Assembly: GCA_003599175.1 (NCBI GenBank) | Contig: QZIY01000024.1 | Location: 1 to 54,069 of the forward strand | DNA length: 54,069 nt | Direction of reading: 5' to 3' | DNA from: Candidatus Parcubacteria bacterium | Lineage (GTDB): Bacteria > Patescibacteriota > Minisyncoccia > Phycocordibacterales > UBA2100 | Shown: positions 27,994-35,526 of the stretch, piece after piece | Position numbering within the stretch: position 1 is the first letter of the stretch | How the letters are laid out: the number at the start of each line of letters is the position of its first letter | Program-made: the position numbers and the translations under genes | The notes under the pieces: model-generated | What the model saw: the letters and a program-made list of their open reading frames with translations, nothing else | What the model was told of the DNA's origin: nothing | The model's database searches: none

Positions 27994-28018
27994 GGGCTCT
28001 CCACCAAACGGAGAGCCC
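27994..28018 (+). terminator. Hairpin between repressor and integrase
   Basis: GGGCTCTCC-accaaac-GGAGAGCCC; no U-tract. Confidence 0.45.
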
Positions 28019-28087
28019 TCAAGCATTTTAGAGAATAAAAAGTAAAGAAAAGGTCAAAAATTATTAAAGAATTTATAAACTAAAATC

Positions 28088-29653
28088 ATGAACTACTTAA
28101 TCTACGGCCGTGTCTCTACCTCTCGTCAGGCCGAACGAGAACTGAGTATTCCGGCACAGGTGAAAGCATGTCAGAAGTACGGCATGGATCACCACTGGAC
28201 TCTCGCACCAGACGGCATTTATGAGGAAAAGGGCGAATCAGCTCGAACAGTTGAACGTCCACAGCTTCAGAAAATGCTTCACCGAGCAAAGACGGACGGC
28301 AAGGTCGATGTGATCTTGATGCACAAGTTGGACCGTATGTGTCGTAACGTCGCCGACTATGCGGCCATAAAGATGATGCTCAAAAAGCACGACGTCCGAT
28401 TGATCTCGGTGGTCGAGCAGTTCGACGAGTCTTTCTCCGGAGAGCTGGTCGAGAACATCATGTCGTCGATCGCTCAGTGGACGTCCCAGAACATCAGCTG
28501 GGAGGTCAAGAAGGGTCTCAAGGAGGCCGTAGAGCGTGGTCGTTTTCCCGGATACGCACCAACCGGTTACTTAAACGATAAGAAAACAAAGTCACTCATC
28601 GTCGATACTCTGCGAGCACCATTCGTAAAGATGGCGTTTGAGTTCTACGCCACCGGCAAGTACAGCTACGATTCACTTGCCGCCGAGCTTGCTAAGCGTG
28701 GCTTCAAAAGCAAATACGGAAATCTGGTGAGACGAACATCGATCGAGCATATCCTGATGAACCCGATCTACTACGGTCTGGTTAAAACTCGTTCAGCAAC
28801 GTGTCAGTCAAGTTTTCCGACACTCATCACCAAAAAACTCTTTGACGACGTTCAGGAGATCATCCAACAGCACAATCACTCTGCCGATCGCAGTCGTAAG
28901 CATTCATATCCGATGGCTGGATTCATGCGATGCGCCGTCTGTGGTTCTACACTTTGTGGGCAGACGCAAAAAGGTCATCTCTACTACGCATGCACCCATT
29001 GGAACGATAAGACCTGTTCGGAGCGCAAATACATCCGCTGGGAGACGGTTGAGGATCAGGTCGCAAATCATCTCTCAAGAGTGCAGTTGCCTGATCGGTT
29101 TAAGAAGGTCTTGGATGCCTACTTCCAGCACTTCGCCAAGGAGCGAATGGGTCAGGAAGAGAGGGAGCGAAAGACTCTCAGGCAGGAGCTAGTAAGGGTG
29201 CAACAGCAGATCCGGAACATCGTCGTGGATCGCTCAAAACGCATCATAGACGCTGATGTGTTTATAAAGATTCAGGACGAGCTCTTAAAGGAGAAAGAGA
29301 TGTATCAGGAACGTTTGTCGATCCTTGAGGGTAAGTCGGACAAATTCGTGCAGAAGTTTAACGAGATACTCGACTTTACGGAGCATGCTGATAAGGTGTT
29401 CCGAACCAGTGGCATGCACCAGAAGCGAACGCTGGTGAAGCTCTGTTTTGAGGGCTTCACGGTGCAAAATCAAAAACTGACGCCAATATGGACGCCAGTC
29501 TTTGATGTTCTTATGGACTTAAACTCTAGCAATTTCGAACCCCCAAAAGTCGGTGGCAAGGGCTCAAAAACTCTTGCCGTGACTAAGGTTCAAAGTTGCC
29601 AATCTGGCGGAGGGGGAGGGATTCGAACCCTCGATACGGTTTTACCCGTATAG
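28088..29653 (+). CDS. Large serine recombinase (integrase) overlapping the tRNA-Ser 3' half
   Basis: YGRVST, KLDRMCRN, CAVCG...YYAC Zn ribbon, coiled coil; final codons are antisense tRNA. Confidence 0.93.
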   Translation: MNYLIYGRVSTSRQAERELSIPAQVKACQKYGMDHHWTLAPDGIYEEKGESARTVERPQLQKMLHRAKTDGKVDVILMHKLDRMCRNVADYAAIKMMLKKHDVRLISVVEQFDESFSGELVENIMSSIAQWTSQNISWEVKKGLKEAVERGRFPGYAPTGYLNDKKTKSLIVDTLRAPFVKMAFEFYATGKYSYDSLAAELAKRGFKSKYGNLVRRTSIEHILMNPIYYGLVKTRSATCQSSFPTLITKKLFDDVQEIIQQHNHSADRSRKHSYPMAGFMRCAVCGSTLCGQTQKGHLYYACTHWNDKTCSERKYIRWETVEDQVANHLSRVQLPDRFKKVLDAYFQHFAKERMGQEERERKTLRQELVRVQQQIRNIVVDRSKRIIDADVFIKIQDELLKEKEMYQERLSILEGKSDKFVQKFNEILDFTEHADKVFRTSGMHQKRTLVKLCFEGFTVQNQKLTPIWTPVFDVLMDLNSSNFEPPKVGGKGSKTLAVTKVQSCQSGGGGGIRTLDTVLPV

Positions 29654-29696
29654 CGATTTAGCAAACCGCCGCACTAGGCCACTATGCGACCCCTCC
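29605..29696 (-). tRNA. tRNA-Ser(GCT), long variable arm, encoded CCA
   Basis: Acceptor GGAGGGG/CCCCTCC, anticodon arm GCGGT-TTGCTAA-ATCGC, T-arm, G-CCA. Confidence 0.95.
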
Positions 29697-29714
29697 AGTG
29701 TGATGCATCGTACT

Positions 29715-30710
29715 TCAGTTCTTGTATCTCTTCAAATGTTTTGGATTATGGCTTCCAATCAAAGCAAAATACCTTTTTAGATCTGCCTTACTGTCTAACC
29801 ATACGTCATATTTCGTAACGCGCGGATTCAAACCTATATCGGCGAGAATTTTTGCAACGCTTATCTGAAGCGGACGCGAGTGGCTGCAAAAGGAGAGCTT
29901 TTTATAATTATACCGTTTCCCACTGGCTATATACGAATGCGTAAAAATTGTTCCATCTGTATCGATGAGCCCACGCACACAAGCGATAGAATAATCTCTG
30001 TTTTTCTTTATCCAATCAGGAATGTCGAATTGCTGCGCTACCTTATTACCGATTGGCAAACCGTGCTCGTGCAAATACAAAACAAGTGCTTTTCTCGATA
30101 TGGTGATGTAATTCACAGAATTTTTGGGGTGATGGTATGTTTGCGGCGTCAGTTTAAATAATCGCTTAATCAATCTGGTCACAAAGCGGCTGTAGGGAAG
30201 ATCAGCGACATGATGCAAACTTATCACCACTTGATATTCGCTGATACCACCATCGCCCATAAGGATTCCAAAAAATTCAGCGAGCTCAGCGCTCTGTCTT
30301 GGGGTATGGATCTTTTTGGGCTGCAGGATCGGTGATTCACTCAATTTGCCCTCTTGATCCCACCACTTCTTCCACGCTGCATTTCGCGTTGTCTCATCGA
30401 ATTGCATCTTCCCGTATTTCTTGATGACAGCTTGCGCCCCCTTCAGGCCCGCAACCTTCGCGTGTGCATATCTTTCTCGCGTTTGCATACGCTTTGGCAA
30501 TGGCACATTCGATGTTCGTGATAGGAGTTGCGCACACGCGAGCGGCATCGGAAACTTTTCGCGACTCCAATCACGCAGCGTGCGCATGGAACAATGACAG
30601 AGGGCGGCCATTCGCTCCATGCCTATCCGTTCTTCGACAGCCAACAAGAATTTTCGCTGCTCGCCGCGCTTGAGTACGATCCGAGGACTAGATATAAACG
30701 ACTCTAGCAT
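29715..30710 (-). CDS. Double-motif LAGLIDADG endonuclease-like protein, paralog 2 (331 aa)
   Basis: LAEFFGILMGDGGI and ACVRGLIDTDGTI; gapless alignment to 7251..8246. Confidence 0.88.
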   Translation of the reverse strand: MLESFISSPRIVLKRGEQRKFLLAVEERIGMERMAALCHCSMRTLRDWSREKFPMPLACAQLLSRTSNVPLPKRMQTRERYAHAKVAGLKGAQAVIKKYGKMQFDETTRNAAWKKWWDQEGKLSESPILQPKKIHTPRQSAELAEFFGILMGDGGISEYQVVISLHHVADLPYSRFVTRLIKRLFKLTPQTYHHPKNSVNYITISRKALVLYLHEHGLPIGNKVAQQFDIPDWIKKNRDYSIACVRGLIDTDGTIFTHSYIASGKRYNYKKLSFCSHSRPLQISVAKILADIGLNPRVTKYDVWLDSKADLKRYFALIGSHNPKHLKRYKN

Positions 30711-30818
30711 GTCTCCATTTTACCACATCTTCGATGAATTTATTCTCGTGTTTTGCAAAAGACTAGAATAAGAAAAAGCGACTCTTTTTAGGCACGAAGC
30801 ATTTGGTATATTAAACGC

Positions 30819-31724
30819 GTGCAAACTTTTGAAGAGACGAGAAGCGATGTTGGGCAGAAGCAGTATCAGGTGCTCCTCTTTTATCGCTACACTCACATTG
30901 AAAATCCGCAGGCGGTGAAGACCGCTGTCGTTTCGCTCTGTGAAAAATATGAGCTGACGGGCCGCGTGATTGTCGCGGAAGAAGGCATCAATGCCACCCT
31001 CGAAGGCACGGTAGAGAATACCGAACGATTTGTACGAGATTTTCTTGCAGATCCACGGTGGGCAGAGGTGCAGATCAAAAGGAGCGCGAGCTTCGGAAAT
31101 AGCTTCCCAAAGCTTGTCGCCAAAGTGCGCCGCGAAATCGTGGGTACTGGATTTGCGAGGGAAGAGGCAGATCCAACGGTCCGCACCGCCCCGCGCATTT
31201 CGCCGGAGGAGCTGAGAGCGTGGTACGAAAGGGAGGAGGATTTCCTGGTCGTCGACATGCGCAATACATATGAATACGCTTCGGGACATTTTAAGAATGC
31301 GATCGATCCGGGCATTTCTGCTTCGCGCCATCTGCCACTCGCGATGCGCAAGCTCGAGCCGCTTAAGAATAGGAAAGTGCTCACGGTATGCACCGGCGGT
31401 GTGCGGTGCGAGAAGATGTCGGCCTACCTCCTCAGCAAAGGATTCAATAATGTGTATCAACTCGACGGCGGGATACATTCGTATATGGAGAAATATCCGG
31501 GCAAAGATTTTCAGGGGACGCTCTATACCTTTGATCAAAGACAGACGATGCACTTCGGAGGAGAAAGAGAAATTATCGGCACATGCCACCTGTGCGGCAC
31601 GACCACCGAGCGCTACGCTGATTGCGCCAACGACACCTGCCACCTCCACTTCCTCGCCTGCGACACCTGCCGAGACGAAGATGACCGCGCATTCTGCAGC
31701 GAGGTGTGCAAGCAGGTGCTGTAG
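30819..31724 (+). CDS. trhO: Rhodanese-domain tRNA U34 hydroxylase (UPF0176/YceA family)
   Basis: GRVIVAEEGINAT, D.RN.YE...GHF.NA, CTGGVRCEK, LDGGI..Y, C-terminal Cys cluster. Confidence 0.88.
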   Translation: MQTFEETRSDVGQKQYQVLLFYRYTHIENPQAVKTAVVSLCEKYELTGRVIVAEEGINATLEGTVENTERFVRDFLADPRWAEVQIKRSASFGNSFPKLVAKVRREIVGTGFAREEADPTVRTAPRISPEELRAWYEREEDFLVVDMRNTYEYASGHFKNAIDPGISASRHLPLAMRKLEPLKNRKVLTVCTGGVRCEKMSAYLLSKGFNNVYQLDGGIHSYMEKYPGKDFQGTLYTFDQRQTMHFGGEREIIGTCHLCGTTTERYADCANDTCHLHFLACDTCRDEDDRAFCSEVCKQVL

Positions 31725-31780
31725 GGGAAGTATGCTCAATCGCTACGGATGAAGAGGAAGAAAAGGAGTAAAATGATTAA

Positions 31781-32480
31781 ATGAGCGACGAGGACCTTCA
31801 AATTGAGGCAACTGCATTGGCATTTGTAAAGTCACACGAGAAGGACATTATCGAGAAGTTTTGTGGTTCGTGTCAGCAGGTAATAACACCCGTGTCTCTT
31901 TTTATGGCCGGCTCCCCGGGAGCAGGGAAAACAGAAGTTTCAACAAGCTTGGTACGTCGATTTGAAACAGTGCCTGTTCGTATTGATGCTGATGAAATAC
32001 GTTCAATGTGCCCTGGTTATACGGGTGCAAATGCTCATGTGTTTCAGAAAGCAGCGACTAAGGGAGTGCATATTCTGTATGATCACGCGCTTCGTACAAA
32101 CATTCACGTGATATTGGATGGAACATTTGCGTATGCAGATTCCCTAAGAAATATCGAACGATCAATCGATCACAAGCGAAAGGTAGAGCTTTGGTTTATC
32201 TATCAAGACCCAGTGATGGCATGGAAGTTTACGCAGGCGAGAGAGGCCCTCGAATCACGTCGTATATCGAAGGATACGTTTATTACAAGCGTTCATAAAG
32301 TCCAAGGAAAATGCGAAGGCCGCAAAGGAAGCGTTCGGTCCTTCACTTACCCTTAACCTCCTTATTAAGAATATAGACAACAGTGATGGTAGTCTGCATC
32401 TCAATATCCAAAGCACTGATCTTGACCCACATATCGGGCAAGCCTATACTGCAGATGAGCTATCGCGCTTACTGGTATGA
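31781..32480 (+). pseudogene. Zeta-toxin-like P-loop kinase with a 1-nt frameshift near 32288
   Basis: FMAGSPGAGKTE, IDADEIR, ILDGT; the shifted frame continues open to a TGA overlapping the next ATG (ATGA 32477-32480). Confidence 0.7.
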
Positions 32481-32677
32481 CACAATATATTCTCAAATTA
32501 CTTGGCTTCTCCCGAGGCGAAGCTCCCACAGAAACCGACGATTTTTCGGAGTTTTTTCTTCATGCTAAGTCAAAAACAAAAGCAAAGGTGATGCGTGAGA
32601 TTATGCGGGAAGCAACAGAAGAGCAGGAAGCGCTTCTTCGGCGCTATCAAGATAGCAAGCTAAGCACTGTAAAGTAA
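32477..32677 (+). CDS. Small helical protein, possible antitoxin partner
   Basis: 66 aa, translationally coupled to the reconstructed zeta-like gene. Confidence 0.6.
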   Translation: MTQYILKLLGFSRGEAPTETDDFSEFFLHAKSKTKAKVMREIMREATEEQEALLRRYQDSKLSTVK

Positions 32678-32778
32678 TCAGCTTGTAAGGTCTCATCTCC
32701 CTTGGATTTCTCCGTTTCCATAAAATGCCTGCCCGGTAGTCTCTATACTGCCGGGAAGATTTGTGGGATAGTGAGGAA

Positions 32779-33033
32779 ATGGCGAAGAGAGAATTTACGC
32801 ACGACGAGGCGAAGCGGATCGGGGAGGCTCTTGGTATCGACTTTTCAATCGTTGATCTGGAGCAATTTCGCATGGGGCTCGGTGTGGAGCTTGAGCATGG
32901 GGCGCATGACAGGGAGACCAATGTGACGGGGGACGATGAGTTGATGACCGGGAAAATTGCCTGGGCGCATCTCAAAGAAATTCCCGATTACTATACGCGC
33001 CTCTCTCAGATGGAGGCCGAGGCCGAAGCATAG
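32779..33033 (+). CDS. DUF5661-like small protein
   Basis: QFRMGLGVELEHG...KIAWAHLKEIPDYYTRL..ME. Confidence 0.8.
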   Translation: MAKREFTHDEAKRIGEALGIDFSIVDLEQFRMGLGVELEHGAHDRETNVTGDDELMTGKIAWAHLKEIPDYYTRLSQMEAEAEA

Positions 33034-33087
33034 GCAGGAGCGTATCGCGCCGTTGGCACAGGAGGGGTTTTGTGGGATAGTTTTGGC

Positions 33088-33453
33088 ATGGCCGAGAGGA
33101 AGACAGCGACTTTGCAGAATTTGGAAAAACAGGTGATCGCGTTTCGTGACCTGCGAGATTGGAAGCAATTTAATAATCCCAAAGACTTGGCCTTGTCACT
33201 TTCACTCGAAGCGGCGGAGGTGTTGGAGCATTTTCAATGGAAGGCGACGCCGGAGGATATTGAGAAGCACATTAAGATGCACAAAAAGGAGATCGGGGAA
33301 GAGCTTTCGGATGTGCTCTATTGGGTGCTCACGATGAGCCATGATCTTGAAATAGATCTTGCCGATGCGTTTGAGAAAAAGATGAGAAAGAATGCCAAAA
33401 AATATCCCCTCAAAAAATCCAAAGGCAAGAGCGCCAAATACAACCAGCTCTAG
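33088..33453 (+). CDS. MazG-like nucleotide pyrophosphohydrolase
   Basis: RDWKQF.NPKDLA.SL.LEA.E.LE.FQW, EELSDV, N.KKYP. Confidence 0.9.
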   Translation: MAERKTATLQNLEKQVIAFRDLRDWKQFNNPKDLALSLSLEAAEVLEHFQWKATPEDIEKHIKMHKKEIGEELSDVLYWVLTMSHDLEIDLADAFEKKMRKNAKKYPLKKSKGKSAKYNQL

Positions 33454-33454
33454 T

Positions 33455-35458
33455 ATGGCGACGATTCAAAGTTTCGAATTCAACGAAACTGGTTTTGAAG
33501 ACATTAGGAACCATCCTCTCGGTAGGGACTGGCCGATTGTTTACATAATCGAAAATGGAAAAGATGTATACATTGGTGAGACGACAAGTGCGTTTGGAAG
33601 AAGCAAACAACATTTTGAAGATGAACGGCGGCTAAAACTAAGAAAGATTCATCTTGTACTCGATGATGAGTTTAATAAGTCAGCAACACTCGATTTGGAA
33701 TCACAGCTCATTCAGTATTTTTCTGCGGAAGGCAGTGTTAAATTGCAAAACCTAAATAAAGGGCTCGTTAACCATAACTTTTTTGATAAAGGCAGGTATC
33801 GCGCAAAGCTTCAGAGCATTTGGGAGCAGCTTCAGCGCATGCTGCTTGTTAGCAAGAGTTTAGAAGAAATTGAAAACAGCGAACTGTTTAAGTACTCTCC
33901 ATACAAAGCGCTAACCGAAGACCAACTCATCGTTGCCGAGGAGCTGTATGAGGCCGTAAAAAATCGTGATGGGGTTACGCATATCGTAAATGGCGGTCCG
34001 GGCACCGGCAAAAGTGTTTTGGCTACATATCTGGCTAAGAGACTGAAAGAGGAACCAGAGACAAAAGATTTGTCGATTGGACTCGTGATCTCTATGTCAC
34101 CACTCCGCAAATCTATTCAGGATGTTTTTTCTGCAATTTCTGGTCTCAACAGAAAGATGGTAGTTGGGCCGAGCGAAGTCGTGGGGCAGAAATTCGACCT
34201 ACTAATTGTGGACGAAGCTCATCGATTGCGCCAGCGAAAATCAATCGTAAATTATGGAGGACATGATCGAGCAAACCGACGGCTTGGTTTGGGCAATGAG
34301 GGAACGGAGCTCGATTGGATATTGATGAGCTCGAAACAGCAAATACTTTTCTATGATGAAAATCAAAGCATTCGTCCTTCCGACATTCACGTCAAGCGGT
34401 TCAAGGATATTGATGCGCGACATCACAAGCTGACTACTCAAATTCGTGTAAAAGGCGGTGATAAATATATTGCGTTTGTCGACGATCTTTTTTCGGGAAA
34501 ACAGGAACTAGATACCGCTTTCGAAAACTATGATTTTCAAATTTACGATGACATCGAACAAATGGTAGAGGATATTAAGAAGAAAGATAAAGAAATGCGT
34601 CTTTCAAGAATAGTTGCTGGCTTTGCATGGCCCTGGATAAGCAAGAATAATCCTGAGGCATTCGACATAGAAATCGATGACACGAAATTGCGCTGGAATA
34701 GTACTACCGAGGATTGGGTTAATTCACCAAATGCGATCAACGAGGTTGGTTGCATACATACCGTGCAAGGATACGACCTCAATTACGTTGGCATTATCGT
34801 CGGACCTGAGCTTGCCTATGATGCAAAGAATGATCGACTGACTGCTGACAAGGATAAATATGAGGATCGGAACGGATGGCAGGGCGTCGAAGATCCGGCC
34901 GAACTGGAGCGTTACATCATTAATATTTACAAGACGTTGATGACTCGCGGGATTCGCGGCTGCTACCTGTACTTCGTCGATAAGGAAACCGAGCGCTATT
35001 TCAAATCGCGACTTGGGCAACAATCGGTTGAAAGTTTCATTCAGCTCGTTAAATCGCCAATAACTGTTGAAATGGTTCAAGTACCGCTTGTAGGGTCAGC
35101 GCCGTGCGGTAATCCGCTGCTCGGAGAGGAAAACATCGAGGAATATATCGAAGTGCCAAAAGCAAAACTTCGATCCGGTGCTAAATATTTTATTGTCCGC
35201 GCTGAAGGCGATTCAATGAATCTGGCGGGAATTCAAAACGGCGATTTGGTGCTTTGCCGACTTGCAGAAAAAGGGGAAACAGGGGATCGAGTTGTGGCAC
35301 TCTTCGATGGGGAATATGTCACGATCAAGGAATATGGACCACGCATTGACGGGATCCGGCAGCTACTCCCTAAAAGCACCAACAAAAGACACTCGGTCAT
35401 AACTCCGGGAGAAGGAGACAGTGTCCAGGGGATTGTACAGGAGGTTCTAAAAGATTAA
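33455..35458 (+). CDS. GIY-YIG + DUF2075 (Schlafen group-3-like) helicase + LexA-type S24 peptidase fusion
   Basis: VYII...VYIGET...R..QH; GGPGTGKS, VDEAHRL, CIHTVQGYDL.Y, Y.TLMTRG; C-terminal VPLVGSAPCG, GDSM, TIK. Confidence 0.85.
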   Translation: MATIQSFEFNETGFEDIRNHPLGRDWPIVYIIENGKDVYIGETTSAFGRSKQHFEDERRLKLRKIHLVLDDEFNKSATLDLESQLIQYFSAEGSVKLQNLNKGLVNHNFFDKGRYRAKLQSIWEQLQRMLLVSKSLEEIENSELFKYSPYKALTEDQLIVAEELYEAVKNRDGVTHIVNGGPGTGKSVLATYLAKRLKEEPETKDLSIGLVISMSPLRKSIQDVFSAISGLNRKMVVGPSEVVGQKFDLLIVDEAHRLRQRKSIVNYGGHDRANRRLGLGNEGTELDWILMSSKQQILFYDENQSIRPSDIHVKRFKDIDARHHKLTTQIRVKGGDKYIAFVDDLFSGKQELDTAFENYDFQIYDDIEQMVEDIKKKDKEMRLSRIVAGFAWPWISKNNPEAFDIEIDDTKLRWNSTTEDWVNSPNAINEVGCIHTVQGYDLNYVGIIVGPELAYDAKNDRLTADKDKYEDRNGWQGVEDPAELERYIINIYKTLMTRGIRGCYLYFVDKETERYFKSRLGQQSVESFIQLVKSPITVEMVQVPLVGSAPCGNPLLGEENIEEYIEVPKAKLRSGAKYFIVRAEGDSMNLAGIQNGDLVLCRLAEKGETGDRVVALFDGEYVTIKEYGPRIDGIRQLLPKSTNKRHSVITPGEGDSVQGIVQEVLKD

Positions 35459-35526
35459 TTTCAGCGATAAAAAGCTCTTGTGTGTCGTTACTTTGAGGCG
35501 TAGTCTGAAGGCGGTTTCCCATACAT

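Larger units (their letters stand above)
8447..29628. mobile_element. Composite tRNA-Ser-linked genomic island (~21 kb), boundaries provisional
   Basis: Bounded by two tRNA-Ser 3' ends; a serine recombinase near each end, CI/Cro-rep module, metal-resistance and defence cargo, more AT-rich intergenic style. Confidence 0.7.

Noticed and set aside
25407..29653. Complete prophage
   Set aside because: No terminase, portal, capsid, tail or lysis genes recognisable.
30720..31739. 339-aa minus-strand ORF (and similar long shadow ORFs, e.g. 4451..5464, 1908..2681, 49459..50259)
   Set aside because: Antisense or alternate-frame shadows of well-supported genes, with no motifs.
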